Program-made: the position numbers and the translations under genes
Notes under the pieces: generated by a model
What the model was told of the DNA's origin: nothing
The model's input: the letters and a program-made list of their open reading frames with translations, nothing else
Databases searched by the model: none
In this document: positions 1 through 10,353 of the stretch, piece after piece
Layout of the letters: the number at the start of each line of letters is the position of its first letter
How positions within the stretch are numbered: position 1 is the stretch's first letter
Assembly: GCA_039932175.1 (NCBI GenBank)
Contig: JBDTQM010000002.1
Location: forward strand, 136-64,135
DNA: 64,000 nt
Source of the DNA: Specibacter sp.
GTDB lineage: Bacteria > Actinomycetota > Actinomycetes > Actinomycetales > Micrococcaceae
Reading direction: 5' to 3'

Positions 1-990
1 ACCCTATCTGAAGAAGTAGTTTCCGAAAACCGTTCACGGTTCGTTATCGAACCGTTGGAGCCTGGCTTCGGTTACACCCTGGGAAATTCCCTGCGTCGGA
101 CCTTGCTGTCCTCCATTCCTGGCGCTGCTGTCACCAGCATCCGCCTCGATGGTGTTCTGCATGAGTTCACCACGGTTCCCGGTGTTAAGGAAGATGTCAC
201 TGAGATCATCCTGAACATCAAGGGATTGTCCGTGTCTTCGGAGCATGACGAGCCCGTCGTCGCCTACCTGCGCAAGCAGGGCCCTGGCGTTGTTACGGCT
301 GCAGACATTGCCCCGCCGGCCGGTGTGGAATTCCACAACCCTGACATGCACATTGCCACGCTGAACTCGAAGGGCAAGTTCGAACTCGAGCTGACCATCG
401 AGCGCGGTCGCGGCTACGTTTCAGCAGCCCAGAACAAGAACGTCGATGCAGAGATTGGCCGTATCCCGGTTGACTCCATCTACTCACCTGTTCTGAAGGT
501 GACCTTCCGCGTGGAAGCAACCCGTGTTGAACAGCGCACTGACTTTGACAAGCTGATTGTTGATGTAGAGACCAAGCAGGCCATCTCCCCGCGGGATGCC
601 ATTGCCTCTGCCGGCACCACGCTGGTTGAACTGTTCGGATTGGCCCGCGAGCTGAACACCGCGGCTGAGGGTATTGAGATTGGTCCGTCCCCGACGGATG
701 CAGCTCTTGCCGCAGACATGGCCCTGCCGATCGAGGACCTGGACCTGACGGTTCGTTCCTACAACTGCCTCAAGCGTGAGGGCATCCACTCCGTGGGTGA
801 ACTCGTTGCTCGCTCCGAGGCTGACCTGATGGACATTCGCAACTTTGGTGCGAAGTCCATCGACGAGGTAAAGGCAAAGCTGGTTGAGCTCGGTCTGTCC
901 CTGAAGGATTCCCCTCCAGGATTTGATCTGGCCGCCCGTGCCGCAGCCCTTGACGAGAACGACGACGCTTACAGCGACGACGAACTCTAA
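1..990 (+). CDS. rpoA: RNA polymerase alpha subunit (5' truncated by window edge)
   Basis: Frame open from base 1 ([41 protein letters not shown]); alpha-CTD motif [14 protein letters not shown]...RNFGAKS. Confidence 0.98.
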   Translation, partial: TLSEEVVSENRSRFVIEPLEPGFGYTLGNSLRRTLLSSIPGAAVTSIRLDGVLHEFTTVPGVKEDVTEIILNIKGLSVSSEHDEPVVAYLRKQGPGVVTAADIAPPAGVEFHNPDMHIATLNSKGKFELELTIERGRGYVSAAQNKNVDAEIGRIPVDSIYSPVLKVTFRVEATRVEQRTDFDKLIVDVETKQAISPRDAIASAGTTLVELFGLARELNTAAEGIEIGPSPTDAALAADMALPIEDLDLTVRSYNCLKREGIHSVGELVARSEADLMDIRNFGAKSIDEVKAKLVELGLSLKDSPPGFDLAARAAALDENDDAYSDDEL

Positions 991-1021
991 AGACGAACAA
1001 CAATATTTTTTTAGTCGGCCG

Positions 1022-1046
1022 GGCGGATGCAAATGATGCATCCGCC
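1022..1046 (+). other. Perfect 10-bp stem hairpin in rpoA-rplQ spacer
   Basis: GGCGGATGCA-aatga-TGCATCCGCC with no U-tract; lies 32 nt before the rplQ start. Confidence 0.45.
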
Positions 1047-1078
1047 TGTGGGCCGGCTGATACTTGAGGAGAAACACC

Positions 1079-1573
1079 ATGCCTACACCCGCTAAGGGTC
1101 CCCGCCTCGGAGGCGGAGCGGCTCACGAGCGCTTGATGCTCGCGAACCTGTCCGCCGCTCTGTTCGAGCACAAGCGGATCACCACCACCTTGACCAAGGC
1201 AAAGCGCCTGAGCCCCTACGCAGAGCGACTGGTAACGTTCGCAAAGCGTGGCGACTTGGCATCACGGCGCCGCGTTCTCGGCCTGATCAGCAACAAGGGC
1301 ATTGTCCACGAGCTGTTCACCGACATCGCCACGGCTGTGGAGAACCGCGAGGGCGGCTACACCCGCATCACCAAGATCGGCAACCGTAAGGGCGACAACG
1401 CTCCCATGGCTGTCATCGAGCTCGTTCTGGAGCCGGTCAGCGCCAAGCAGGCCGTTGTGAAGGAAGCTACAGCTGCTGCAGTCAAGGCTGCTCCGGTTGA
1501 AGAAGCACCGAGCGAAGAAGTTGTGGAAACCGAAGTTGTAGCTGACGAAGCTGCTGCTGAAGAGACCAAGTAA
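1079..1573 (+). CDS. rplQ: 50S ribosomal protein L17 with Ala/Glu-rich C-terminal tail
   Basis: [12 protein letters not shown]...[23 protein letters not shown]...[24 protein letters not shown]; GAGGAG RBS before ATG 1079. Confidence 0.97.
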   Translation: MPTPAKGPRLGGGAAHERLMLANLSAALFEHKRITTTLTKAKRLSPYAERLVTFAKRGDLASRRRVLGLISNKGIVHELFTDIATAVENREGGYTRITKIGNRKGDNAPMAVIELVLEPVSAKQAVVKEATAAAVKAAPVEEAPSEEVVETEVVADEAAAEETK

Positions 1574-1603
1574 GGCTTAAGCGAAAGCTTTAGTTCTACA
1601 GTC

Positions 1604-1640
1604 AAAGAACCCGCCGCCCGTCATGGGTGGCGGGTTCTTT
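1604..1640 (+). terminator. Intrinsic (probably bidirectional) terminator after rplQ
   Basis: AAAGAACCCGCCGCCC-gtcat-GGGTGGCGGGTTCTTT, a 16-bp stem with A/T-rich flanks. Confidence 0.75.
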
Positions 1641-1680
1641 GCGTTCCGGGCCAGGTGGCGCCGCCGGTAGAATTGGGGCC

Positions 1681-2601
1681 ATGCACAACCCCAAACTTTC
1701 CCCCGAAGCACGAGGCCTGATGAGGGCCCGGTTGGACATTGCGTACGACGGCAGCCCGTTCAACGGCTGGGGCATCCAGCCGGGTGTCCGCACTGTCCAG
1801 GGCGTCATTGAGGAAGCCCTGTTCATGATCCTGCGCAGGCCTGTACGCCTCACTGTTGCCGGCCGCACCGACGCCGGCGTGCACGCCCGCGGCCAGGTGG
1901 CCCACCTGGACTTCACCCCGGCGGAATGGGACGGGCTGCGGCGCGGACATGACGAGGTGTCCGAACTTTCCCTCCAACGCCGCCTCAACGGCGCCCTGGG
2001 GCGGGTGCTGGGCGAACTCCACGGCTCCGTGGAGATTGTGCGCGCCTCTGTGGCGCCCATGGGCTTTGACGCCCGCTTCTCGGCCCTGTGGCGGCGCTAC
2101 AGCTACCGCATTGCCGATGGCGTCACCCGCAGGGACCCGCTGCAGCGGGCCCTGACCCTGTGGCACCCCCGCGAGCTGGACGTGGTCCTCATGAACCAGG
2201 CCGTGGCACCGCTGCTGGGACTGCATGACTTTGCGGCATTTGCCAAGCCCCGGGAGGGCTCAACCACCGTGCGGACCCTCCAGCGCCTTGACTTTGATCA
2301 GGGCGACGATGGTGTCATTAATCTCAATGTCCAGGCGGACGCCTTCTGCCACAATATGGTCCGTGCGCTGACAGGTGCTGCCCTGATGGTGGGGGAGGGG
2401 CGCGAAAGCCCTGACTGGATGCACCAGCGCCTGGTGGCGGGAATCCGTGACGCCAAGTCTGTTCTGGCCGCTCCGCACCCGCTGATTCTCGAGGAAGTCC
2501 ACTACCCGCACGAGCTTGACATGCATGAGCGGGCCGTCCTGACCAGGACCCGGCGCGGGCCCACGGACACCATAAAGGCTCCGCTGGCGGCCGGAATCTG
2601 A
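1681..2601 (+). CDS. truA: tRNA pseudouridine(38-40) synthase
   Basis: LDIAYDGSPFNGW...AGRTDAGVHARGQV...FDARFSALWRRYSY...AFCHNMVR; TAGAAT lies 7 nt before ATG 1681 (leaderless-type). Confidence 0.95.
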   Translation: MHNPKLSPEARGLMRARLDIAYDGSPFNGWGIQPGVRTVQGVIEEALFMILRRPVRLTVAGRTDAGVHARGQVAHLDFTPAEWDGLRRGHDEVSELSLQRRLNGALGRVLGELHGSVEIVRASVAPMGFDARFSALWRRYSYRIADGVTRRDPLQRALTLWHPRELDVVLMNQAVAPLLGLHDFAAFAKPREGSTTVRTLQRLDFDQGDDGVINLNVQADAFCHNMVRALTGAALMVGEGRESPDWMHQRLVAGIRDAKSVLAAPHPLILEEVHYPHELDMHERAVLTRTRRGPTDTIKAPLAAGI

Positions 2602-2619
2602 GCCAACATTTCATTCGCT

Positions 2620-2649
2620 TTGACCGGAGGGCAGTATTAACGCTATCGT
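2620..2649 (+). promoter_or_regulatory. Candidate sigma-A promoter of rplM-rpsI
   Basis: TTGACC-N18-TATCGT about 200 nt upstream of the rplM GTG. Confidence 0.45.
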
Positions 2650-2849
2650 TGGTAGTCGTTGTGCGTGTCCTATCTCGATATTACGCGCCCGTTGCAGGTC
2701 CGGTTGCAGGACTACCACTGAACGGGTGTTATCGGGAAGTGTAAGGATGACTGGTGTTAGAGCCCTCACCTCTGTTCCGGTAAGCGCATAGATAGCAGGT
2801 GTCAACCATCTGTGACACCACCTAAGAACAAGAAACGAAGGCAAAAACC

Positions 2850-3293
2850 GTGCGTACGTACACCCCGAAGCCCGGCGATATCAACCGTCAGTGGCACATC
2901 ATTGATGCCAACGACGTTGTCTTGGGCCGTCTTGCCAGCCAGGCTGCACCTCTGCTGCGTGGAAAGCACAAGCCGACCTTCGCTCCCCATATGGATATGG
3001 GCGATTTCGTCATCATCATCAACGCCGAGAAGGTTGCCCTGACCGGCGCCAAGCTCGAACAGAAGCGCGCATACCGCCACTCCGGTCACCCGGGCGGTCT
3101 GTCCAGCGTGAACTATGCCGAACTGTTGGAGAAAAACCCGGTTCGCGCAGTGGAGAAGGCCATCGCTGGCATGCTCCCGAAGACCAAGCTGGGCGCAGCC
3201 CAGATCGGCAAGCTGAAGGTTTACCGCGGTGCTGAGCACCCGCACGCCGCTCAGCAGCCCAAGACGTTTGAAATCACCCAGGTCGCCCAGTAG
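2850..3293 (+). CDS. rplM: 50S ribosomal protein L13
   Basis: MRTYTPK...[16 protein letters not shown]...[24 protein letters not shown]...HPHAAQQP. Confidence 0.98.
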   Translation: MRTYTPKPGDINRQWHIIDANDVVLGRLASQAAPLLRGKHKPTFAPHMDMGDFVIIINAEKVALTGAKLEQKRAYRHSGHPGGLSSVNYAELLEKNPVRAVEKAIAGMLPKTKLGAAQIGKLKVYRGAEHPHAAQQPKTFEITQVAQ

Positions 3294-3329
3294 TCCTGGC
3301 CACCAACCCAATATTTATCAAGGAGAATC

Positions 3330-3845
3330 GTGGCTCAGAATACTGAAGAGCTGAACGCCGAGGCCGTCGTGGCCGAGGAAGAAGTTTTGACTAGCTACAC
3401 GAGCGAAAGCTCAGCTGCAGCTGATGCAGCACCCAAGAAGGAACGCCCGGCCTTGACCGTGTCAGGCGCTGCTGTTGGTCGTCGCAAGCAGGCAATTGCC
3501 CGCGTTCGCGTTGTACCCGGCACCGGCAAGTGGATCGTCAACGGCCGCGAGCTGTCCAACTACTTCCCGAACAAGCTGCACCAGCAGGAAGTAAACGACC
3601 CGTTCCGCCTCCTCGACTTGGATGGCGCGTACGACGTTTGGGCCCGCATCCACGGTGGTGGCCCCTCAGGCCAGGCCGGCGCATTGCGTCTGGGTGTTGC
3701 TCGTTCCTTGAACGAGATCGACACTGAGAACAACCGCGCAATCCTGAAGAAGGCAGGCTTCCTGACTCGTGACGCTCGCGTCATCGAGCGTAAGAAGGCT
3801 GGTCTTAAGAAGGCACGTAAGGCTTCGCAGTACTCCAAGCGCTAA
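3330..3845 (+). CDS. rpsI: 30S ribosomal protein S9 with acidic N-terminal extension
   Basis: [11 protein letters not shown]...[14 protein letters not shown]...[27 protein letters not shown]. Confidence 0.98.
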   Translation: MAQNTEELNAEAVVAEEEVLTSYTSESSAAADAAPKKERPALTVSGAAVGRRKQAIARVRVVPGTGKWIVNGRELSNYFPNKLHQQEVNDPFRLLDLDGAYDVWARIHGGGPSGQAGALRLGVARSLNEIDTENNRAILKKAGFLTRDARVIERKKAGLKKARKASQYSKR

Positions 3846-3902
3846 TCCAAGCCTTCCCGACCCTCGTGCCTCGGCACGGGGTCCTCGGCTGGTCTTAGCC
3901 CT

Positions 3903-4087
3903 TGGCTCCACAAGCGCTAACTTCGCTTACAAAAATCCCCGGTCGCGTCTGCGGCCGGGGATTTTTTTGGGCTCCGGCCCTGAATCTGGCGCGTGGCTCC
4001 ACAAGCGCTCATATCGCTTTTTGTGCCCGGGGGCCGTTGCGGACACTCGCCCCCGGCCCACCAGGGGCGGATGTCCACAACGGCCCC
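3903..4087. repeat. Composite intergenic repeats (direct repeat plus long imperfect palindrome)
   Basis: TGGCTCCACAAGCGCT identical at 3903 and 3994 (similarity extends to ~26 bp); imperfect inverted repeat of ~24-bp arms at 4030-4087. Confidence 0.6.
3931..3968 (+). terminator. Intrinsic terminator after rpsI
   Basis: AAAAATCCCCGGTCGC-gtct-GCGGCCGGGGATTTTTTT: GC stem followed by a T7 tract. Confidence 0.8.
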
Positions 4088-4201
4088 TGCGGCCTCAGCG
4101 GGGGCCGAAACCGGGCCAAACCTCCGGTCCTGACGCCTTGTGGGCAACTACATGGCTGTACGAAAGCTGAATTCACGGCTCCATGATTTAGACTGAACGG
4201 G

Positions 4202-5548
4202 ATGTCAAGATTATTTGGAACAGACGGTGTCCGCGGTTTGGCCAATGGCCTGCTGACGGCTGAACTAGCATTATCACTCGCCCAAGCCGCTGCTGTGGTG
4301 TTGGGCCACGAGCAAATGAGCGAGGGGAAACGGCCCCGGGCTGTCATTGCCCGCGACCCGCGTGCCAGTGGTGAGTTCATCGGCGCAGCCGTGGAAGCGG
4401 GACTGGCCAGTGCCGGCGTCGACGTGTATGACGCGGGTGTGCTGCCCACGCCGGCAGCAGCTTTCCTGATTGCAGATCTGGGGGCTGATTTCGGTGTGAT
4501 GATCTCCGCGTCGCACAACCCTGCACCTGACAACGGCATCAAATTCTTTGCCCGGGGTGGCACCAAGCTCCCTGACGAGGTGGAAGAGGCCATTGAAGCC
4601 CAGCTCCAGCACGACGCCTACCGACCGGTAGGCATTGACGTGGGCCGGATTCAGCGCTTCTCGGACGCCGAGGACAGGTACGTTGTGCACCTGCTGGGCA
4701 CCCTGCCGCACCGCCTGGACGGTCTGAAGATTGTGCTGGACTGTGCCCACGGTGCCGCGAGCGGCTGTTCACCCCAGGTCTTCACCGATGCCGGCGCCCA
4801 GGTCACTGTCATCGGAGCCGAACCCAACGGGCTGAACATCAACGACGGCGTTGGTTCCACCCACCTCGAACTGCTCCAAGAGACAGTGCTGGCAACGGGT
4901 GCTGACTTGGGCATAGCCCACGACGGCGACGCCGACCGCTGCCTGGCCGTGGACCATGAGGGCAATGTCATTGATGGCGACCAGATCATGGCCATACTGG
5001 CCCTGGCGTTGAAAGCGTCCGGCGAACTCAAGGACGATGTCCTGGTGGCCACCGTCATGAGCAACCTCGGCTTGAAGATTGCCCTCCGCGACGCCGGGAT
5101 CACCATCCGTGAAACAGGCGTCGGTGACAGGTACGTGCTCGAGGAAATGCGCCGGGGCGACTACACACTCGGCGGGGAACAGTCGGGGCACGTCATTTTC
5201 TCCAAGTACGCCACCACGGGCGACGGCGTGCTGACAGGCCTCCAGCTGGCTGCCCAGGTGGCTTTGACTGGCAAGTCGCTGAAGGAACTTGCCAGCGCCA
5301 TGACCAAGCTGCCCCAGGTGATGATCAACGTCAAGAACGTGGACAAGTCCCGCGCGTCGTCCGTCCCGGCCATCAACGCAGCCATTGCCAAGGCCGAGGC
5401 CGAGCTTGGAGACGCCGGCCGGGTGCTCCTGCGACCTTCGGGGACCGAGGCACTGGTCCGGGTCATGGTGGAAGCCGCCGACACGCAGACCGCTGAACGA
5501 ATCTGCAACGACCTGGTCAGCGTGGTCAGGGCCGAGCTGTCGCTTTAG
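4202..5548 (+). CDS. glmM: Phosphoglucosamine mutase
   Basis: [10 protein letters not shown], active-site ISASHNP, metal loop DGDADR, GGEQSGH, RPSGTE. Confidence 0.97.
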   Translation: MSRLFGTDGVRGLANGLLTAELALSLAQAAAVVLGHEQMSEGKRPRAVIARDPRASGEFIGAAVEAGLASAGVDVYDAGVLPTPAAAFLIADLGADFGVMISASHNPAPDNGIKFFARGGTKLPDEVEEAIEAQLQHDAYRPVGIDVGRIQRFSDAEDRYVVHLLGTLPHRLDGLKIVLDCAHGAASGCSPQVFTDAGAQVTVIGAEPNGLNINDGVGSTHLELLQETVLATGADLGIAHDGDADRCLAVDHEGNVIDGDQIMAILALALKASGELKDDVLVATVMSNLGLKIALRDAGITIRETGVGDRYVLEEMRRGDYTLGGEQSGHVIFSKYATTGDGVLTGLQLAAQVALTGKSLKELASAMTKLPQVMINVKNVDKSRASSVPAINAAIAKAEAELGDAGRVLLRPSGTEALVRVMVEAADTQTAERICNDLVSVVRAELSL

Positions 5549-5561
5549 GCCGCATTCAGCG

Positions 5562-5634
5562 CAGCCCACACTAGATGCAAGGAAGGCGGCAACCCGGGTG
5601 AGGTTGCCGCCTTCCTTGCATCTAGTGTGGGCTG
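5562..5634. repeat. 33-bp perfect inverted repeat between convergent glmM and mscL (bidirectional terminator or REP-like element)
   Basis: CAGCCCACACTAGATGCAAGGAAGGCGGCAACC (5562-5594), 7-nt loop, then its exact reverse complement (5602-5634). Confidence 0.85.
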
Positions 5635-6042
5635 TTAGTGCGCTCCGCCGCTGGGGCGGGCAGTGAGTGCATCACGGATTTCGGTGAGCAGCTCAAGCTG
5701 CGGGTCCACGGGAGGTGCTTCTTCCTTGATGCCCAGCTTCGCGTTGCGCCGGGCAATCATGTGGTTCATGGGCATGACGACCACGAAGTAGATGGCAGCG
5801 GCAACAAGAATAAAGTTCACCAGGACAGTGAGGAACACGCCAAACTTAATGTCCACGCCATTGATGGTCAGAACGGCGAAAGCGTCGAAATCTGCGGAAC
5901 CCACCAGGGCTGCGATGAGTGGCATCAGAATATTTTCCACCAGGGAGTTAACAACCGCCCCGAAGGCTGCACCGATGACCACTGCGACGGCAAGGTCTAC
6001 GACGTTGCCTTTCATGATGAAATCTCTGAATCCCTTTAACAT
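5635..6042 (-). CDS. mscL: Large-conductance mechanosensitive channel
   Basis: MLKGFRDFIMKGNVVDLAVAVVIGAAFGAVV...LLTEIRDAL; TATTTT lies 6 nt before ATG 6042. Confidence 0.96.
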   Translation of the reverse strand: MLKGFRDFIMKGNVVDLAVAVVIGAAFGAVVNSLVENILMPLIAALVGSADFDAFAVLTINGVDIKFGVFLTVLVNFILVAAAIYFVVVMPMNHMIARRNAKLGIKEEAPPVDPQLELLTEIRDALTARPSGGAH

Positions 6043-6105
6043 GTCCCTAAAATACCGCACCTGGGGCCGCTATGACAGCTTTGTGTTCATACATTTTTGT
6101 GTCTC

Positions 6106-7131
6106 TTAGCCATAGTCCGGAGCGCCGGGGATCCCCAGATACTCCTCGTAACTTTGGATTCCCCGCACCGTCATGTCCTGGGCAACGGCAATCCCCAGGT
6201 AGCGCAGGTGCCACGGTTCGGCCAGATACCCGGTGGTGGACTCCCGGCCCACGGGATACCGCACCACAAAGCCGTAGTCGGCACCGTGGGCCGCCACCCA
6301 TTTCCCCGCAGCGGTGTCAGCCACGCAAAACGTGAAATCGCAGTCTGCGCCGGAATTGGCGTCACCAATGTCCAGGGCGAACCCCGTTTGGTGCTCGGAG
6401 AATCCCGGCCGGGCCGAGGAAGCATCGGCCGACGCCACCCCCTTGCTGGCCACATAGCCGTTGTACAGGCCCACCTGGGTGCCGAAGGAGCGGTAGCTGC
6501 TCTTGATGCTGATGCGCACGCCGTCGGCGGCGGCCGCAGCGAACATGCGTTCCACGGCAGTTGCCGCTTCGGCGCGGAGCTGGACCGGTTCGGCAGAGCC
6601 TTTGCTTACAGCCGGGGTGACCAAATCGGCGGGGACGTAGTCTGCGGGCGCCAAAGGGTGGGTCTTGTTGACCAGGACCAGGGAGCTGGCGGGATTGGTT
6701 GTGTTACGCAGGGATTTCTCCGTCGGTGCCGCCGTGCCCGTGGCGAAGAGCTTTTGAATGGGGGCGCCGGCGCCTGCGCCTGTGATCAGGGGAGCCGGTG
6801 CGGGGCTTGTTGGGCCGGCCGGTGTGCTGGGGATGTTCGACGCCGGAGCCCGGGTGGGCGGGCGTGTTCCCGCCGGGGCGGACGGTTGCCCGGCGGCAGG
6901 GGAGGTGGGCAGCAGGCGCAGGCTCGGCGTCGTACCGGCAAGCTCGGAACCCGCAGCGGCCGGGGATTGCGGGGAAGCCGTTTCCAGCGCCAGCGCACCG
7001 CAAAAAACCAGGGCTGCGCCGATGACCGTGACGGCGATGCCTCCCGGCTGCGGCCAAGCCAGTCCGCGTCGCAGGCGGGCCGCCTTGCCCTGCCGGGCGC
7101 GCCGGGGCCTGCGGAGGCCGTCAACGCTCAC
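6106..7131 (-). CDS. M15B (VanY-like) D,D-carboxypeptidase with N-terminal TM helix and Pro-rich linker
   Basis: SSYRSF...SARPGFSEHQTG...EPWHLRYLG zinc-peptidase motifs; likely GTG start at 7131 overlapping the coaA stop (TAGTG). Confidence 0.85.
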   Translation of the reverse strand: MSVDGLRRPRRARQGKAARLRRGLAWPQPGGIAVTVIGAALVFCGALALETASPQSPAAAGSELAGTTPSLRLLPTSPAAGQPSAPAGTRPPTRAPASNIPSTPAGPTSPAPAPLITGAGAGAPIQKLFATGTAAPTEKSLRNTTNPASSLVLVNKTHPLAPADYVPADLVTPAVSKGSAEPVQLRAEAATAVERMFAAAAADGVRISIKSSYRSFGTQVGLYNGYVASKGVASADASSARPGFSEHQTGFALDIGDANSGADCDFTFCVADTAAGKWVAAHGADYGFVVRYPVGRESTTGYLAEPWHLRYLGIAVAQDMTVRGIQSYEEYLGIPGAPDYG

Positions 7132-8099
7132 TAGACCTTCCTGAGCAACATGCGACGAATGGAATGGTCGGAGTCCTTGGTCAGCACCAGCTGGGCGCGG
7201 CCGCGGGTGGGCAGCACGTTCTGCAGCAGGTTGGGCTCGTTGATGCTCTTCCAAATGCGGGACGCCGTGGCTGTGGCCTCGCTGTCGGAGAGCCCGGCGT
7301 AGCGGCGGAAGTAGGAATCAGGATCGGCAAAGGCGCTGGTGCGCAGGGAGCGGAAGCGTTCCACGTACCACTGCTCGATGTAGCTGGTCTTAGCGTCAAC
7401 ATAGATGGAGAAGTCGAAGAAATCACTGACGGCCAGGCCTGAGCGGCCGTCGGCGCGGGGGCGGGCGGCCGCCAGCACATTCAAGCCCTCAACAATGAGC
7501 ACGTCCGGGCGCCGGACAACAACTTCCTTGTCCGGCAGAATGTCGTAGCTGAGGTGGGAGTACATGGGGGCGCGGACTTCCTCGGCGCCGCTCTTGACGG
7601 CACTGACAAAACGCAGCAGCGCGCGGCGGTCATAGGACTCGGGGAAGCCCTTGCGGCCCATGAGCCCGCGGCGTTCCAGCTCGGCGTTGGGGTACAGGAA
7701 GCCGTCGGTGGTGACAAGTTCAACATTGGGGGTGTCCGGCCAGCGCCGCAGCATTTCCCGCAGGACGCGGGCCGTTGTGGATTTGCCCACAGCCACCGAG
7801 CCGGCAACACCAATCACAAAGGGTGTGCGGGAACCCCTCTCGCCCAAGAAAGTGGTGGTTGCGCTGTGCAGATGGCCGGCAGCTCCCACATAGAGGTTAA
7901 GGAGGCGCGAGAGCGGCAAATAGACATCATGAATCTCGCGAATGTCCAGTTGATCGCCCAGGCCGCGGAGCCGTTGAACGTCTTCCTCGTTCAGCGGCTG
8001 CTCAATCTTGTTGGCAAGGCGGGACCACGTTTGCCGGTCCAGCTCCACAAAAGGGGAGGCACTGACGCTGTTGGCGGACTCAGTTCTTTGCGCTGTCAC
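7131..8099 (-). CDS. coaA: Type I pantothenate kinase
   Basis: P-loop [50 protein letters not shown]-like tail. Confidence 0.96.
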   Translation of the reverse strand: MTAQRTESANSVSASPFVELDRQTWSRLANKIEQPLNEEDVQRLRGLGDQLDIREIHDVYLPLSRLLNLYVGAAGHLHSATTTFLGERGSRTPFVIGVAGSVAVGKSTTARVLREMLRRWPDTPNVELVTTDGFLYPNAELERRGLMGRKGFPESYDRRALLRFVSAVKSGAEEVRAPMYSHLSYDILPDKEVVVRRPDVLIVEGLNVLAAARPRADGRSGLAVSDFFDFSIYVDAKTSYIEQWYVERFRSLRTSAFADPDSYFRRYAGLSDSEATATASRIWKSINEPNLLQNVLPTRGRAQLVLTKDSDHSIRRMLLRKV

Positions 8100-8251
8100 A
8101 CTTTCAATTCTGCCTTGTTTGGGATGGGGTGGGAAACGGGAGGTTCCTGCGGCAGTAATGTCAGTGACTGTTTTTCACGACAACTCCCTCCGTGTTTCCC
8201 TGCATAAGGTAGAACGTCCTCCCTTCGCTGCGGGGTTTATGATTGATTTTC

Positions 8252-10156
8252 ATGTGTGGAATTGTGGGATACGCCGGTACCGCCCCGGCTCAAGGATCAA
8301 CGTCGTCAGCCGCTCACGGTGCTTTGGAAGTCCTGGTAGAGGGCCTGCGCCGCCTGGAATACAGGGGCTACGACTCCGCCGGGGTCGCCTTGGTCACGGC
8401 GAACGGCATTGAAATGCGCAAGAAAAGCGGCAAGCTTGCCCAGCTCCTGCACGAACTTGAGGCAAACCCCCTCCCCGCCTCTGTGACGGGGATTGGTCAC
8501 ACACGCTGGGCCACCCATGGCGGACCAACGGATGCCAACGCGCACCCGCACGTGGTGGCTGGCGGCAAGCTTGCCGTCATCCACAACGGAATCATTGAAA
8601 ACTACGCCCCGCTCAAGGCCGGGCTGGTGGCGAACGGACACAGCTTCCTGTCCCAGACGGACACTGAAGTTGCCGCAACACTGCTGGGCGAGATCTACCA
8701 GGAACTGGAAGCCGCCGGCACTGTTGAGGGAAGCCTGCTCTCCACAGCCATGCAGCTGGTGGCGCAGCGGCTCGAAGGTGCCTTCACCCTGGTGGCCACG
8801 CACGCCAACGAACCCGGCGTGGTTGTTGCCGCCAGGCGGAATTCACCCCTCGTCGTAGGTTTGGGCGACGGCGAGAACTTCCTGGGCTCAGACGTTTCCG
8901 GCTTCATCGACTACACCCGCCGTGCCGTGGAACTGGGCCAGAACCAGGTTGTCACCATCACCGCTGACAACGTCACCATCACCGATTTCCACGGCGTGCC
9001 TGCCGAGGGCCGCGAATACCTGGTGGATTGGGATGCTGCCGCCGCCGAGAAGGACGGCTACCCGTCCTTCATGGAAAAAGAAATCAACGACCAGCCGGAC
9101 GCCGTGGCGCAAACCTTGCTGGGACGCTCTGACATTGACGGCAACCTGACCCTGGATGAGATCAGGGTGGACCCGGAAGTCCTCAAATCCATCAACCGAA
9201 TCATCGTGCTGGCCTGCGGCACCTCGGCCTACGCCGGTCAGGTTGCCCGCTACGCCATCGAGCACTGGTGCCGCATTCCCACCGAGGTGGAACTCTCCCA
9301 TGAGTTCCGGTACCGGGACCCCATTGTTGATGAGAACACGCTCATCGTTTCCATCTCGCAGTCCGGGGAAACCATGGACACCTTGATGGCTGTCCGTTAC
9401 GCCCGCGAACAGGGCGCCAAGACTGTGGCCATCTGCAACACCAACGGTTCCACCATTCCGCGTGAATCCGATGCAGTCCTGTACACCCATGCCGGTCCGG
9501 AGATTGCAGTGGCCTCCACCAAGGCGTTCCTGGCCCAGATCACGGCCGCATACCTGCTGGGACTGTATTTGGCACAGCTGCGCGGCAACCTCTTCCAGGG
9601 TCAGATCAAGGACATTCTGGCTGAACTGGCCAAGACGCCGGCCAAGATCGCCACGGTGCTGGCCAATGCCGAGCAGATCAAGGAACTTGCCCGCAGCATG
9701 GCTGACACGCGGACAGTGTTGTTCCTGGGCCGCCACGTGGGCTATCCAGTAGCCATGGAAGGGGCCCTGAAGCTCAAGGAGCTGGCCTACATCCATGCCG
9801 AAGGCTTTGCCGCCGGTGAGCTCAAGCACGGACCCATCGCCTTGATTGAAGAAGGCCAGCCGGTCATTGTTGTGGTGCCCTCACCGCGTGGCCGTGATTC
9901 CCTGCACGCCAAAGTGGTCTCAAACATCCAAGAGGTGCGGGCCCGCGGAGCCAAGACCATTGTGATCGCCGAGGAAGGCGACGAATCGGTGCGCGAGCAT
10001 GCCGAGCATGTCTTCTACATCCCCGAAACCAGCACGCTGCTGGCACCGCTGCTGACCACTGTGCCGCTGCAGATCTTCGCGTGCGAACTGGCCACGGCCA
10101 AGGGCTACGACGTGGACCAGCCGCGCAACCTGGCCAAGTCCGTCACCGTCGAATAG
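8252..10156 (+). CDS. glmS: Glutamine-fructose-6-phosphate transaminase
   Basis: N-terminal MCGIVG (catalytic Cys), LEYRGYDSAG, GHTRWATHG, SQSGETMDT, PRNLAKSVTVE. Confidence 0.98.
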   Translation: MCGIVGYAGTAPAQGSTSSAAHGALEVLVEGLRRLEYRGYDSAGVALVTANGIEMRKKSGKLAQLLHELEANPLPASVTGIGHTRWATHGGPTDANAHPHVVAGGKLAVIHNGIIENYAPLKAGLVANGHSFLSQTDTEVAATLLGEIYQELEAAGTVEGSLLSTAMQLVAQRLEGAFTLVATHANEPGVVVAARRNSPLVVGLGDGENFLGSDVSGFIDYTRRAVELGQNQVVTITADNVTITDFHGVPAEGREYLVDWDAAAAEKDGYPSFMEKEINDQPDAVAQTLLGRSDIDGNLTLDEIRVDPEVLKSINRIIVLACGTSAYAGQVARYAIEHWCRIPTEVELSHEFRYRDPIVDENTLIVSISQSGETMDTLMAVRYAREQGAKTVAICNTNGSTIPRESDAVLYTHAGPEIAVASTKAFLAQITAAYLLGLYLAQLRGNLFQGQIKDILAELAKTPAKIATVLANAEQIKELARSMADTRTVLFLGRHVGYPVAMEGALKLKELAYIHAEGFAAGELKHGPIALIEEGQPVIVVVPSPRGRDSLHAKVVSNIQEVRARGAKTIVIAEEGDESVREHAEHVFYIPETSTLLAPLLTTVPLQIFACELATAKGYDVDQPRNLAKSVTVE

Positions 10157-10181
10157 CGGAAACGGCACGCTGCTCCACTTA

Positions 10182-10241
10182 GGACGGCGCTTGCGTTTAA
10201 AGCCGGTGCTCCACCGCCGGCTTTAAACGCAAGCGCCGTCC
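10182..10241. terminator. 25-bp perfect inverted repeat after glmS (terminator or REP-like)
   Basis: GGACGGCGCTTGCGTTTAAAGCCGG, 10-nt loop, exact reverse complement, followed by CTTTT. Confidence 0.75.
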
Positions 10242-10255
10242 CTTTTGGTGAGGTG

Positions 10256-10338
10256 GCTTGCGAGCCGGGGGAGCGACTGGGTGGGGCCACGGTCGCGAGG
10301 GTCCCGCGGTGAGCTTGCGAGCCGGGGGAGCGACTGGG
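10256..10338. repeat. 26-bp perfect direct repeat (member of a dispersed REP-like family)
   Basis: GCTTGCGAGCCGGGGGAGCGACTGGG at 10256 and 10313; related to elements at 34281-34320 and 56791-56828. Confidence 0.75.
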
Positions 10339-10353
10339 GAATAGGCTGGGGTC

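Noticed and set aside
2640-2649. ACGCTATCG matching the start of the 18-bp repeat unit
   Set aside because: Only 9 bp match, there is no partner unit, and it coincides with the likely -10 box of rplM.
6106-7131. Vancomycin resistance (vanY) call
   Set aside because: No vanHAX or vanRS context; M15B peptidases are common housekeeping enzymes.
8100-8251. glmS ribozyme upstream of glmS
   Set aside because: The short divergent intergenic region has a -10 box 8 nt from the ATG, leaving no room for the ribozyme, and its core motif was not seen.
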